64,000 nucleotides of DNA from Ochotona princeps (GCF_030435755.1 NC_080837.1:45075563-45139562), one strand, 5' to 3'; counted from the first letter of the stretch, positions 33,819 through 45,629 are shown. Translations and numbers: made by a program. The notes: generated from the letters alone by a model not told the origin.

Positions 33819-33942
33819 CTTAAGAAAAGAGACTCACATTGTGTGGTTGGAACGGACGTGACAGCACAGCTATCTTGGGAAATCAGAAATGCCAGGCCTG
33901 GATACCCCGTGCATTTGTGAGTGGTGGGATTGGCCGTCTGAC

Positions 33943-34101
33943 CTGGACTTGAGCGTAGAGCTCGGTGGAAGTCTTCAGGATGCCTTCTTCTGCCTTAAGC
34001 ACCGCGGTCTTCAGAGTGCCTCCAGCGCACAGCAAGAGATCCACCTGTTCCGCCCTCGCGACCATCATGGCAAGCAGCAGCAGCACGTAGTTCATCGGCG
34101 G
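33943..34101 (-). CDS. TEP1: TEP1 exon (PPMNYVLLLLAMMVARAEQVDLLLCAGGTLKTAVLKAEEGILKTSTELYAQVQ)
   Basis: anchored to ORF 33883-34239; acceptor cctgatgcttgtccatcag, donor gtcaga. Confidence 0.8.
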
Positions 34102-34554
34102 CTGATGGACAAGCATCAGGGGCAACAAAGCCCTAATTCTGAAATCCCCTCCTGGCTTGCCCAGCCCTGGGAACCAGACCCCACTGATGACTTCAGAAAA
34201 AGACACGGGGTCCCCATTTGGAGAGGGTGTCTCCAGCAACCAGCTGAAAGCCAGCTGGGGTGGCAGGCAACCAGGAGGGAAGATCTCTGCTCAAAAACAA
34301 TGCTGGAAGGCAGAGAGGTAAAACTGAGACATATTTTCAGTGACAGACATTTAGAGGGTGTCAAGTAAGAGCCACACGTGATAGGTGGCTGTTATAATCC
34401 ATGGACATGGTGACACCACATGTTAGGAATTGTCTTACAAATCCAGTTCTCAGAGGCAAATTCACACCATGTATTCCAGGCAGTGTGCTTGCCTTGGAGA
34501 ACCAGGGCTGGGAACAGCATTCAACCCCTTGGAAGATGCTTTTTGTTTCATTAC

Positions 34555-34723
34555 CCCTTGTATGTTGTTCTTGGGACACAGCTTGTCTGCATCAGCATCA
34601 GCCAGATAGACCAAGAGGGTGCGGCCAGGCAGCGGGGGCAGGCTGTGCCGCACTGAGAGGTTCACGGCTGTCTCCAGGGCCTGTCGATACCGCTCCAACA
34701 TGTCACTGTCATAGGTGTACCGC
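34555..34723 (-). CDS. TEP1: TEP1 TROVE-region exon (RYTYDSDMLERYRQALETAVNLSVRHSLPPLPGRTLLVYLADADADKLCPKNNIQG)
   Basis: anchored to ORF 34462-34752; acceptor gtccttcctgcccacag, donor gtaatg. Confidence 0.8.
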
Positions 34724-35071
34724 CTGTGGGCAGGAAGGACAGACACGGGCACTCAGACAGCTGCCACTGTGAGACAGATGGGAAGACGTGCACTTGCCAC
34801 TGGGTGACAGGGTCCTCTGCCTCCCTCCTTCAGCACTGCCACCCTGGGCCATTGCCTGCCTCCTGCACGGGTAGAGGAGACCGGGACTGGACAATGTTAA
34901 AGATGAGTTTTGCAGGGCAATGGATAAGATTACTGCAACCAGGCAAGTCCAAGGCATGCAGAGGGCTGACAAGCATCCTTACAGAAACACAACTGGGGTT
35001 CTCAGGCAACCCCCAAATCCCACCAGGCCATCTCCTGGTGCCTGTTGTCAGCTCCCGGCTGAGGCACACAC

Positions 35072-35264
35072 CTGGCTTTGTGTAGTCTCTGCTTTTCTCG
35101 CTGGAGCTGCTCGTACAACACAGGGATCGCCATTGCTGCCCGAAGCTGCTGACGACTCGGGTTGCAAAACACATGAGGACGGGCGCGGGTGCGCCTCTCG
35201 TCATCTCTTACAGTTCTAATCAGTATCCGCCTCATCAATGTTGTATTGGAAGGAAAGGGCAATG
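35072..35264 (-). CDS. TEP1: TEP1 TROVE exon (ALPFPSNTTLMRRILIRTVRDDERRTRARPHVFCNPSRQQLRAAMAIPVLYEQLQREKQRLHKA)
   Basis: anchored to ORF 35002-35310; acceptor tctgtctgttgccacacag, donor gtgtgt. Confidence 0.8.
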
Positions 35265-35496
35265 CTGTGTGGCAACAGACAGATATCTGAGACCAGAAGC
35301 TTCCATTCAATCATCTTGCCCTGCCATTATTGTGTCCAGAGTCTCAACCCTTGGGGCTGCAAGCATCTGAGTTCTGTTCTCTCCCACCCCCACTGCAGGC
35401 ACATAAGGCAAGGAGAAGCCAACGATATCAAAGTTGCTGTGTCCTTCCCTCCCAGACATGACAGGAGGACAAGAGTTGGAAGAAAGAAGTGAATAC

Positions 35497-35587
35497 CTTT
35501 ATTTCTGAGTTGAGTCTCCAGGACATTGATGGAATCATGGGCATTGAGGAACCTGAATGGAAACTGCCGACTGTGGATCACCGACTT
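35497..35587 (-). CDS. TEP1: TEP1 TROVE exon (KSVIHSRQFPFRFLNAHDSINVLETQLRNK)
   Basis: anchored to ORF 35327-35593; acceptor ccttcctctgctttgcag, donor gtattc. Confidence 0.8.
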
Positions 35588-35739
35588 CTGCAAAGCAGAG
35601 GAAGGGACGTGAGCAAAGGAGCGGGCAATATGTGAGCTGAGAGAGTCGGGGGTGAGGCGGCAGCTCCCTGAGCGTGTGGGAAGGCCAGGAAGGACAAGAG
35701 GGACTTAGAGAAATGGAGGAAGGAGAAAAGTGATCTTTT

Positions 35740-36050
35740 ATTTTTAATTAATTTATTTATATTTGAAAGGTAAAGTTACAGAGAGAAGGCGAGACAGAGA
35801 GAAGGTGATCATGCATCCAATGATTCACTCCCCGTAAAGATGCATCAGCCAGAGCTGGCCCAATGCAAAGCTAAGAGCCAGGTCTCCCCACATGGGTGTG
35901 GGACCCAAGGACTTGAGCCATTCTTCACGTTTCTCCCAGGCCATAAGCAGAGAGCTGGAATGGAGCATCCAGGACTTGAATCAACACCCATGCTAGATGC
36001 TGGAAGCACTGGCAGATATAGCCTACTATGCCACAGGTCTGGCCCCAAAA
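35740..36050 (-). mobile_element. C-repeat-related SINE, diverged
   Basis: TEP1 intron. Confidence 0.7.
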
Positions 36051-36394
36051 GTGGTCATTTTAAAGGATGAGAAGAGGTGAATAAAGATAACAAAATGACA
36101 CAAGGAGGCATGTCATTTTCATATCTGACTCCCTGTCGGGTAAGCTACATTACTAGGAAGTCACTGGGCTGAAGAAATTTAAAAACCCCATTATAATTTC
36201 CCAAAGGAAGGACTAAACCTTCAGCCCTGTCTCCCCCACCCAATCTCCATTGCCAACCCAACTGGTAGCTCTCATGAAAATAGTGTGACCTTCCTCGGCC
36301 CCCTGGAAAGCCCTGGCCTCCTAGCAGCAACCGCAGCTCCACACCTTGTCTCAGCACAGGGCCTCACCCCACCACCCTGACCCCAAACACATAC

Positions 36395-36504
36395 AGCATG
36401 CTGGAGGCGCTGTAGGACCAGCTCATGGTGGCGGGCGCTGATTCCCACCCGCAGCAGGTTGCACAGGTTCCTGAGCATGGCCATGTAGGGAAGCTTCCCG
36501 TCAT
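36395..36504 (-). CDS. TEP1: TEP1 TROVE exon (DDGKLPYMAMLRNLCNLLRVGISARHHELVLQRLQHA)
   Basis: anchored to ORF 36272-36646; acceptor ctgtgccccatctgctgcag, donor gtatgt. Confidence 0.8.
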
Positions 36505-36764
36505 CTGCAGCAGATGGGGCACAGGGATCAGAAAAATGAATGAACAAGGGCAGCGAAAACCTACATCCATGGATGCACACGTAAATGGGGTAAAAGGCAA
36601 TCTGAACCCTGAAGCTCCCACTAATGAAATCAACAGAAAACTCCAAAGTCGGATGATTTTCAACAATATAATCTGACTCTTTTTCAAAAACAAAAGAGGA
36701 AACATCACGGAAATTAGGTAAAAATAGAGCACTCTATAGGTAAAAATTAACAAAATAGGAATCA

Positions 36765-37085
36765 GAGGTGTGGCCTAGAGGGTAGAGCTGCTGCCTATGA
36801 TGGCACAATCCCAAATGGGCATTGGTTTGCATCCCAGCTGTTCCACTTCCAATCTAGCTCCTTGCTAATGTACCTAGGAAAGCTGCAGAAGATGGTCCAT
36901 TTGCTTTGGTTTCTACGCCCATGTGAGAAACCTGCTGGAAGCTTCTGGCTCCTGGCTTTTAACCAGCCTAGCTCCAGCCATCTCAGTCATCTGGGGAGTG
37001 AGCCAAGAGATGGAACATTGTATGTGTGTGTGTTTGTAACTTTGTCTTTCAAAGTGTGTAACTTTGCCTTTCAAACAAATATTTG
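36765..37085 (+). mobile_element. C-repeat-related SINE
   Basis: TEP1 intron. Confidence 0.75.
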
Positions 37086-37194
37086 AAATTTTTTTAATTA
37101 ACAAAATAACAGAGAAAGGGAAAACTGAATGTAATGTGTGTGTGTCATCTCTCTGTCATTCAGTTTTTCAGATAAAGCTTAAACAGGGCAGCAG

Positions 37195-37500
37195 CCAGAG
37201 GTGCAGAAAGCCAGCATTGTGGCACAGTGAGTTAACCCACCAACTGTGGCACTGGCACACCACTTTCAGTCCTAGCTGCTCTACTTCCAGCCGTGTTCCT
37301 GGGAAGGCAGTGGAAGATGTCCGAGCATTTGGGTCCCAGACAGACACCCACGTAAGAAACCTAGATGGGGTTTCTGGCTCCTGGTTTTGACATGGCCCAG
37401 ACTGGGCCTTTGTGGGCATTTGGGGAGTGAACCAGCAGATGCAAGATGTATGTGTGTGTCTCCCCATCACTCCATATTTCAAATAAGTAATTAAATACAC
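37195..37500 (+). mobile_element. C-repeat-related SINE
   Basis: TEP1 intron. Confidence 0.75.
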
Positions 37501-37734
37501 AAATCTTAACAACAAAAATAATCTGCAGGTCACCTAACTACATCTGGAATAATGACCTACCTGTAACTCCAACATCACTCAAAGCAGGCTCCTCTGTCTA
37601 CTTTGGTACAGTCAATGAGAAACCTTCCAAATCTATTCAACTGCAGGGTCGGAACTAGCAGTGAGAGAACAACCTCATCACACATGGAAACTTTCTACCC
37701 AATGTCTAAAACACAATGGTCAAGGTCATCCTAC

Positions 37735-37892
37735 CAATGAGTTTCTCCCAGACGGAAGCTTTGTTGCCCTGCAGGCTCAGCTCTCTCTCCCAGGTCTCTG
37801 GCATAGAGAGCTTCATCCGCTTCCCAGCTCTGCTAGAATCCCAGGGCCCAGGCAGGCGACTCCGAGAAAAGAGCTGCAGGGTGGAGGGATAT
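37735..37892 (-). CDS. TEP1: TEP1 TROVE exon (YPSTLQLFSRSRLPGPWDSSRAGKRMKLSMPETWERELSLQGNKASVWEKLI)
   Basis: anchored to ORF 37706-37990; acceptor ctctttctctgttccag, donor gtagga. Confidence 0.8.
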
Positions 37893-38080
37893 CTGGAACA
37901 GAGAAAGAGTCTATCATTCCACAGCTGGTGGGAGAAAGAAAAGGCAAGTTGAGTCACCCACATGCAGTCAACCATGTTCACAGCCCACATCTACCCCAGC
38001 ACAGGTCCCTAGGGTGGACCAGAAGTGGGGCCATGACCTTGAAAAGCCATGAGATGTGTGAGCAGGGTTTAGCTCCTCAC

Positions 38081-38185
38081 CTGCAGCCCAGCAAGGCTTG
38101 GACATGCTGAGCAGGCTCATGGATATGCAATCGCTGTACCAGCTTCTTCAAGGTGAACCTTGATGGAGTCTTCGCTGCCACATGA
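38081..38185 (-). CDS. TEP1: TEP1 TROVE exon (HVAAKTPSRFTLKKLVQRLHIHEPAQHVQALLGC)
   Basis: acceptor ...gaagcagcctacag, donor gtgagg; phase joins the next exon. Confidence 0.68.
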
Positions 38186-38857
38186 CTGTAGGCTGCTTCA
38201 AACTGTGGAAACACCCCCAGCCCCCAGTCCCATGGGGGACATTTCTTCCATGTCTATCATCACTGTCTTCAGAAAGCAGAACCCAAGATCATGCTGTACC
38301 TATGAGGTAATTTCTTCCTCCCAAACTCGGTTTGAGCAGAGTAGAAACAGAGAGTGAAAGATGTCCAGCAATAAGAGCACCCACAATGAGCACAGGAGAG
38401 CAGGTGTTTACGGGGCCGGAGGCAAGTCCACTGGGCTGTGTTTACACAAGACTGAACTATCAGAGGCTACGTGGGGTGGCTGGCTGCAAAAAACAACACA
38501 GGGATGGGCCGAACAGAGAACATCCTTGTTCTCAGAGGGAGGGACAGGGAAGAGCAACCCTAGGTAAGCCTCCTCGAGCTGAACAGGTAAAGGGAAGCAA
38601 GCACACACCGTAAGCTGTGTGGGGTTCCAAAGCTGAAAAAAGGCAGCTTTCAGAGGCTCCTAGAGTATAAGAGCTAAGCACACAGTACATTAATGGGAGG
38701 AAAAAAACCAGCTGGCCAACCGAAAACATGTTTTTTTATTATTATTATACCAATTTACACTTTCCCAATAATCTATTTTAATCATGATGACAGTGGTGAT
38801 AGCTAACTCCTATGTCATGGCTGACATGAGAAACACTTTAAATAGAGTAACAAGAGC

Positions 38858-39185
38858 CTGGCGCAGTAGCCTAGTGGCTAAAGTCCTCGCCTTGCATGCC
38901 CGGGATCCCATATGGGCGCCAGTTCTAATCCCAGCAGCCCCTTTTCCCATCCAACTCCCTGCTTGCAGCCTGAGAAAGCAGTCGAGAATGGCCCAGAACT
39001 TTGGGATCCTGCACCCGTATGGGAGACCCAGAAGAGGCTCCGGGCTCCCGGCTCCTGGCTTCGGATTGGCTCAGTTTCAGCCATTGTGGCTGCTTGGGGA
39101 GTGAACCAATAGAGGGAAGATATTCCTCCCTGTCTCTCCTCCTCTCTATATATCTGACTTTCCAATACAAATAAAATAAATCTTA
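38858..39185 (+). mobile_element. C-repeat SINE
   Basis: gcagtagcctagtggctaaagtcctcgcc.. Confidence 0.85.
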
Positions 39186-39414
39186 AAAATGTAATCCTTA
39201 TAATAGCCCTCAATGTACATTTTGCTGTTTCCCCACTGGACTTCAGAGGAAATTGAGAAGTTAAGGCCTCCAGCCAAGGCCTCACAGTCATCAAGGGCTG
39301 AAGGTAAGTGAAAGTAGGGGAGCTGAGGCCACATTATATGCTCTTAACTGCTCTCTGCAATGCCTTATTTGCCATCAAAATAAAAAGGTTTGGTGTACTT
39401 TAAAATTTTTCCTA

Positions 39415-39760
39415 TGAAAGGCAGATATTTCATAACCATTTATTTTTTATTTTTTATTTTTTTTCATTTTGTCTGTAAAGTAAGGGCAGGAGGAAGGAGA
39501 GAGGAAAAAAACGAAAGAGGCAGGGACAGAGCAAGAGAGAACTCCATCTACTGGTTCACTCCCAAAATGCCCGTAACAGCCAAGGCTGGTCCAAGCTAAA
39601 GCCAGGAACTCCAGCTGGGTCTCCCACACGGGTGGCAGGCACTCAGCCACTGAGCCATCACCCACTGCCTTCCCAGAGTGCACATTAGCAGGAACTTGGA
39701 TCACAAGTGGGGCTGGGACTCAAACCAGAAACATTCCAATCACTGCCTGAAATGCCCAAC
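39415..39760 (-). mobile_element. C-repeat-related SINE with T-rich 5' flank
   Basis: TEP1 intron. Confidence 0.7.
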
Positions 39761-39989
39761 CCTCCTCATGTTTCTAACTCATTTGTCCTACTGGCCAGTT
39801 CACCTATCAATAAAATATATTATCAAGGAAAGTGGGGGGGGGGGGACAAATAAGTCTCCCGTAGTACTGGAAGAACCTGACTGCAATCTGAGATTCTCCA
39901 GCCCAGGAATGAGCACGTGCCGCCCGCACCCTCCAACGAGAACTTGGACAGCTCATGTCTGAAGGTCAGTTGAGACACAAGGGATTCAC

Positions 39990-40067
39990 CTTTTTCTGTT
40001 CTTGTTTCAGAAGCCGGAGGCACCTCGGCACGTTCCTCTTTCTCTCAGAAAACGGGCACTCGGTCCT
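39990..40067 (-). CDS. TEP1: TEP1 exon (RTECPFSERKRNVPRCLRLLKQEQKK)
   Basis: anchored to ORF 39966-40253; acceptor ctgcttcccctgtttctacag, donor gtgaat. Confidence 0.75.
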
Positions 40068-40365
40068 CTGTAGAAACAGGGGAAGCAGTTTCAACGCGAG
40101 AAAGGAGCGTCTCCCAGGGGAGACCCGTTCCAACAGCCCTAGGGCTTTCCTGCCAGCCAAAAGCAGGCCCTCTAACCAAGATGCCCGCCCTGCACTGCAC
40201 CCCCAGCTCTGCCAGGCTCCTCCACATTTCTGAGACTCCTTGGCTCCCACCACAGGACCTCAGCAGATGCTGGATGTAGAGCCCCTGCCCTCCCTCCCAG
40301 GGTCAGTTCCTCCCCAGAGACAGAGGCCCCGATGGCTAACCGGGAAGACTGAGGCCAAGACTCAC

Positions 40366-40527
40366 TGGAGAGCGTGGGGGCCGGCGGGGACGGCTCTTGG
40401 CCCGGTGCTTCCGCAGATTGTACTTAGCCAGCTGATACTCATCAAACTGGGCAAATTTGTCTGTCATAGCAGCACGGAGACAGGCGGGCAGGGCTACCAG
40501 CTTGTTCTCATTTCCTCCAGCCAGGCT
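40366..40527 (-). CDS. TEP1: TEP1 TROVE exon (SLAGGNENKLVALPACLRAAMTDKFAQFDEYQLAKYNLRKHRAKSRPRRPPRSP)
   Basis: acceptor ctcgcactctgtctgacag, donor gtgagt; phase 0, joins the upstream exon. Confidence 0.72.
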
Positions 40528-40968
40528 CTGTCAGACAGAGTGCGAGCCAGCGACAGAAATACCATCATTAGCAAGACCCAAACAGGCCCTTCCAAACCTA
40601 CAAGGCCATCTCCTGGGCTCCCAGAGTAGTACAGATAAGAGAGCAAATTTTTCCCACATCACAATTTCTGCGGTGTTTGGGTGACTCAGCAGATGTCCCT
40701 GATTCTTGTTTTCTTCATTAAGAACGTGAGATCCAGAAAAAGATGGGTTTTTTCCCAGGCTTGAGTCCAGCCTTTCTCAATCTGAGTCTGTAACCACATC
40801 TGGCCCAGCGAGAAGCTGCACATCTCTCGCCATTCCAACCCAGGCTGAGCCAGGAGGAGCGTGAGCAGAGGAAAAGGGAAGCCAGGCTGGCCGAGCGTTC
40901 TCCAGGGATGCCTGAGCCAAGAGAGGACATCGGGTGGGGGCCGCAGACCAGGGACCCAAGTGCTGTAC

Positions 40969-41130
40969 CTGGTAGTACTCAGCCACTTGGATCCAGTCAG
41001 AGGGCAGCTGGACAACGGCACAGAAATATCGGCGCAGGTAAGGGCGGCAGGCCGGCAGGAAGGCAGCAGTAGCCAGGACTTGGTTGGCCACATCCCGGAT
41101 GTTCAGCTGCTGCCTGGTGTAGAGAGCTGC
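40969..41130 (-). CDS. TEP1: TEP1 TROVE exon (AALYTRQQLNIRDVANQVLATAAFLPACRPYLRRYFCAVVQLPSDWIQVAEYYQ)
   Basis: anchored to ORF 40777-41091; acceptor ctccctctctctctgtcccag, donor gtacag. Confidence 0.82.
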
Positions 41131-41519
41131 CTGGGACAGAGAGAGAGGGAGCTTGGCTGGTCAGCCACTTCAAACAGTCCGTGCCCTCAGCCAGCTGGGT
41201 CTAGCTGCATAAAACCCTTCCTAAGCCCCCAGATGGTCCACAAAACACAAACCCATGAGTTTTTGGCTGAACCTTCTAAGTCCTGTCATCTAGTTCCTTT
41301 CCACCTTTCCCACACAAGCTCTGCTAACTGGCATCCAAGCCAGCCAGGGGCCTTTCTCTGGAAAATCCCCCACATCAACATCTGTCAAAAACCTACCTGG
41401 GATACAAAACGCTAATTGGCCCTGCTGACTTCCAAAGAATCACAGAAAATTTCCCCCCTCTTCTCTGCTTCTGAAATGGTCACTATCTACTACTTCAGGT
41501 GTCTTTTTAGAAAGATTTA

Positions 41520-41850
41520 TTTCTTGGGAGTAGTCCTATGGCCTAATAGCTTAAGCCTCCACCGACAGTGTCAGCACCCCATATGGGTGTCTATTCGAGT
41601 TCTGGTTGCTCCACTTTCGATTCAGCTCCCTGTTCGTGTGCCTGGGAAAAGAGTGGAGGATGGCCCAGATCCTTGGGCCCCTGCACCTGGAAGAAGACTC
41701 AAGGTCCTGGCTTTTGACCAGCTCGGCTCCAGCCACTGTGGTCATCTGGGGAGTGAATCAATGAATGCAAGATCTCACTCCCTCTGTCTTGCCTTCTCTC
41801 TCTGTAACTCTGCCTTTCAAATAAAAAAAAATAAATCTTAAAAAAAAAAA
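41520..41850 (+). mobile_element. C-repeat-related SINE
   Basis: TEP1 intron. Confidence 0.75.
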
Positions 41851-41869
41851 ACCAAACACCTCCTTTTCT

Positions 41870-42115
41870 TTCTTTGAAAGGCAGAGTTACAGAGTGAGAG
41901 AGACAGAGGCAAAGAGAGCTCTCCCATTCGTTGGTTTATCCCCAAAACACCAGAGCTGGACCAGGGACTCAAGGACTGGGGCCATTTTCTGAAGCTCTTT
42001 CAGCTGCATTAGCAGAAAGCTAGAGTGTGAATAGAGAAGCCAGTGTTTGAATTGGTGCTATTATGAGATGCTAGCACTACAGGCGGTAGCTTAACTCACT
42101 GTGCCACAACGCCAA
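41870..42115 (-). mobile_element. C-repeat-related SINE fragment
   Basis: TEP1 intron. Confidence 0.65.
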
Positions 42116-42410
42116 ACCTTCCAGGTGCAGTCACAGGAACTTTTGGAAAGCATTCCAGATTTCAGTTTGACCCTCAATCCCCACCAGCCTGGCATGCTCA
42201 GCCTGTTGACAACCTTAGTGTGTCTTTCCCAGTCTCTTCTTTGCTCACTCTTCACAGAATCCCAGAACTAAGCTTCAGACTCACCCAGAGATTCCACTTC
42301 CTCCCAAGTTGGAGCTCCTTCCACCCAAGAGCAAGCTAGGAGCCACTCCTGCCCAAGTTAGAATCAGCTCCCCCATGTCCACACCCACCCTCTGCTCCAC
42401 CCAGCAATAC

Positions 42411-42545
42411 CTTGAGGATGAACTCAGGCTCCAAGGCGGCAAGTTCTTCGCAAACATGGAAGATGCAATCCTGTGTCCTGTCAGTTTTATCTTTTCTGTT
42501 CACATTCGAGGCCACGGTGGAACACAGCAAGCTCATGAGAACCAT
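42411..42545 (-). CDS. TEP1: TEP1 exon (MVLMSLLCSTVASNVNRKDKTDRTQDCIFHVCEELAALEPEFILK)
   Basis: anchored to ORF 42336-42599; acceptor ctctcttttctccaatttccag, donor gtattg. Confidence 0.72.
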
Positions 42546-42810
42546 CTGGAAATTGGAGAAAAGAGAGAAGAGAGGCGGCCAGTGGCAATCAGGACCCATT
42601 TAAGCATCCACACAGAACAACTCAAAATCAAGCACAGAGAGGATGGAACCCTAGATTGGGGAAAATGTGCAACCGTAAGGTTACAAAGGAGGTTTAGGAT
42701 GAGAGAAATGAGAGCTGGGTCGCGTCGCTTCCCTGCCTCCCCTTCCATCTGGAAGCAGCCCTGTCCCCAACCTCCCCTCCCCCACGGTCACTCTGATCTG
42801 GATCCTTCAC

Positions 42811-42999
42811 CTTCTTTTCCTGAAGGACCTGGTCGGTGGGCTCAGGATGAGACACAGCGTCCCCAGCGGCAGCGAGCTTCGGAGCCAGCTCCTCCACCTC
42901 CTCCTTGTCTCCCAGGCTCAGACTGTAAACAGGCATGTGGGCCTCGGCTCCGCTCGCCTCTTCCAGTTTTTTATCTTCTTTCAAATAGGACCAATGACC
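42811..42999 (-). CDS. TEP1: TEP1 second coding exon (GHWSYLKEDKKLEEASGAEAHMPVYSLSLGDKEEVEELAPKLAAAGDAVSHPEPTDQVLQEKK)
   Basis: anchored to ORF 42694-43026; acceptor ctgctgccatctccag, donor gtgaag. Confidence 0.78.
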
Positions 43000-43349
43000 C
43001 TGGAGATGGCAGCAGTTACAAGTCACAGGAAGTACCCACAGAGCTTCTTAGATGCAGAAATCGGAAGGTGGATCCCAGAGAGGAAGGGCCCACCTCTACG
43101 ACACATGAACTCCTCTCCCTTCTTAGCACAGCATTCATCTGCCGCTTCTCTGATCAAATGCTCTCCTCTCTCTGCCGCACATCCCACGTCTCTTACTCTC
43201 CTACTCAACCTTGAGAGCCTGCACACAGATGTTTTGTGATCTTCCTCTGCTGCCTTTATCTCCTTATTGATGTCTTCATCTGGAAGCTTAGAACCCTTCA
43301 CTGAGCCCCAGGGATGCTTTTCAAATGTTTGCGGAGCCAGAACAAGAGC

Positions 43350-43690
43350 TGGGCCCAGCACACTAGCCTAATGGCTAAAGTTCTCACCTTGCATATGCCA
43401 GGATCCCATATGGGCACCAGTTCTAATCCCAGCAGCCCCACTTCTCATCCAGCTCCCTGCTTATGGCCTGGGAAAGTAGTCAAAGGTGGCCCAAAGCCTT
43501 AGGACCCTGCACCCATGAAGGAGACCCAGAAGAGGCTCCTGGCTACAGATCGGCACAACTCCAGCCGTTGCTGCCACTTGGGGAGTGAATCATCAGACAG
43601 AAGCTCTTCCTCTCTATCTCTCCTCCTTTCTGTATATTTGCTTTGCAATAAAAAAATTAATAAATCTTAAAAAAAAAAAAAAAAGAACAA
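43350..43690 (+). mobile_element. C-repeat SINE (between TEP1 first and second coding exons)
   Basis: cagcacactagcctaatggctaaagttctc..; poly-A tail. Confidence 0.85.
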
Positions 43691-44381
43691 GAACAAGAAC
43701 CAGTTCCCACATCAGTCCTCCAGCAATCTTGGGCTCAGTTGAACCTGAGCTTTCACCTTCACTGCCACTTAGCTGACTGGGCTGTTGGAAAATTGAATGA
43801 AACAACTATATTCTCTACGACTTTTTGCATGTTACAAAGCCCTAAAGCAGAATAATATAGGAGTAGCTAGTATTCTGTCAATGACCTAAGAAGGTAGATT
43901 GTCACTCCTTGCCTTTTCGGGGAGAGTAAATGAAGGCCATGAAAGTGTTGGGTCTTGGGCAGGTTGTCTTTCATTGGTAGACACCATGTGCGGGCTTAGA
44001 TTCACCTTTTCCATCAGTCCAGACCCCAAGTCTATAAAAAGCAATGTGTACCCACATGGATGCAGGAGCAGGACCCAGTTTAACAGATACATCTCATATC
44101 TGACACATCTCGTATCAGAAGCACTGGCCTGACTCTGCCCAAGCTCTCGGGAGCAGGTGTGTACTAAGGACAGGACCTATTTTCTTCTCTCTGGTGCCAA
44201 ACATACAACAAATAATGATGCTGATGAAGACATGCCCAGGGGAAAAGGCAACTCAGGAAGTGGTTCTAAGGAAATGTGATACCCAGCATACAGCAGCTCA
44301 AAGGGAAACTGAGGCACTGAGAGCCAGAGAGAAGCACACAAGACACAGCTGGAGTCAAGAGAAGTTGCCTGGAACTCTTAC

Positions 44382-44861
44382 CGAAGCTGCTGTGTGACTC
44401 TTCTCTGTGGCAGAGGTGGGCTTCAGGGCCTCGGGAGAAGACCCAAGGTCTTGTCCTTCAGAGAGACTCCAAGACTTCCAGGCATTTCTGGTGTTCAGGC
44501 TGCATCCGTCAGCTGACATCGTGTGCAGTGGCTGGAGACACTGAAGCAAGGGGCTGGCAGACACTATACTCTCCAACCTGGAGAGGGAGGTGAGGCACTG
44601 GTTCTCCAAGGAGAGGATGTCTGGGCGGGCAGACATATGCCCGTGTGCTTTCTCCATGGCCTTCAGGACAGGAAGTGTGGCCAGACACCGGTTCTCCAAG
44701 GATAGGATGTCTGGATGGGCAGACCCATGCCCATGGAATCTCCCTGTGGCCTTCAGGTCAGGAAGTGTAGCCAGACACCGATTCTCCAAGGACAGTACGT
44801 CTGGGAGGGCTGAGCCGTGCCCACGGAGTCTCTCCATGGCTGCAGTCCAACTGGCATATGC
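44382..44861 (-). CDS. TEP1: TEP1 first coding exon: short 5'UTR part, ATG at 44835-44837, three 30-aa N-terminal repeats
   Basis: anchored to ORF 44355-44837; acceptor ttctctttctttccttctag at 44862; Kozak gcagccATGG; MERLRGHGSALPDVLSLENRCLATLPDLKAT / GRFHGHGSAHPDILSLENRCLATLPVLKAM / EKAHGHMSARPDILSLENQCLTSLSRLESI; donor gtaaga at 44380. Confidence 0.85.
44599..44840 (-). repeat. TEP1: tandem 90-bp coding repeat (x2.7) for the TEP1 N-terminal 30-aa repeats
   Basis: ggttctccaaggagaggatgtctgg..ccagacacc reiterated at 44599, 44689 and 44779; the antisense + ORF 44590-44865 shows the same periodicity. Confidence 0.85.
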
Positions 44862-45014
44862 CTAGAAGGAAAGAAAGAGAAGTGATGAGCACCAGGCTGC
44901 CTTTCATCCTTCTCACAGCCCTCGTGGTAACAACAGCCACGTGCAGACAATACTCTCCCCTACCCCCGCCCCAGGACTGGATTCATCTAAGGAGCATTCT
45001 TGAAAAAAAAAAAA

Positions 45015-45330
45015 AAAAAGATTTATTTTATTTCAAAGAATTGCAAAGAAAGGCAGAGAGAAAGATCTTCCATCTTCTGTCTCACTCCCCAAACGGCGAC
45101 CACAGTCAGAGCTGGGTTCATCCAAAGTGTGAATCTAGGAGTTTCTTCTGAATCTCCCATGTTGATACAGGGGCCCAAGAACCCACATTATTCTCTGTTG
45201 CTTTCACAGTTCATTAGCAGGGAGCTTGCTCAGAAGTGGAGCAGCCGGCACATCAGTGCTCATATATGGGATGCTGCAGTGACAGGAGGAGGATGAGCAC
45301 ACTTTGCTACCTCACTGGCCCCCATCCAAA
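45015..45330 (-). mobile_element. C-repeat-related SINE
   Basis: preceded by an (A)17 tract. Confidence 0.75.
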
Positions 45331-45526
45331 GAATATTCTTACAGCAAGGAATTAGAGAAAATGTGAGGCATTTGAGAGAGTGAAATCACACATGCACAAG
45401 CAATGATAGCTAAGGAGGGATGGATATGTCTCTCATGGAAATGTAAGGCAGCACCGCCCCCTCCACTGATGTGATTTCGACTTACTGGTGGGGCCTTGTT
45501 TATAATCTGATTCCTGGACTTTCAAC

Positions 45527-45556
45527 TCAAAAAAAAAAAAAAAAAAAAAAAAAAAG
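45527..45556. repeat. (A)29 homopolymer
   Basis: aaaaaaaaaaaaaaaaaaaaaaaaaaaaa. Confidence 0.9.
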
Positions 45557-45629
45557 CAGCACTGTCCTCTTGAGTAACTAGTAGACTTCTGGTTATTATT
45601 ACCATGAATAGAAAAATCATGGTCCTAGG

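Larger units (their letters stand above)
11945..44861 (-). other. TEP1: TEP1 (telomerase-associated protein 1 / vault TROVE-NACHT-WD40 protein) gene body: first coding exon to poly(A) site; 51 exons placed, ~8-10 short exons unresolved
   Basis: Minus-strand spliced frame gives: MERLRGHGSALPDVLSLENRCLATLP... (30-aa N-terminal repeats); TROVE motifs AALYTRQQLNIRDVANQVLATAAFLPACRPYLRRYFCAVVQLPSDWIQ; NACHT Walker A LSLVTGPSGQGKTAFL and Walker B LVLIVDGADRLVD; a long WD40 array ending ...VGDTQGNVYFLSWE*. Lies tail-to-tail with PARP2 as in the human locus. Confidence 0.9.

Noticed and set aside
42309-43214. 301-aa ORF on the + strand, the longest in the track
   Set aside because: Antisense to the TEP1 second and third coding exons and their intron. 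Low-complexity P/R/S/Q-rich translation, no start context, no domain-like motif, and no independent splice signals. Its openness is explained by the GC-rich coding sequence on the opposite strand.
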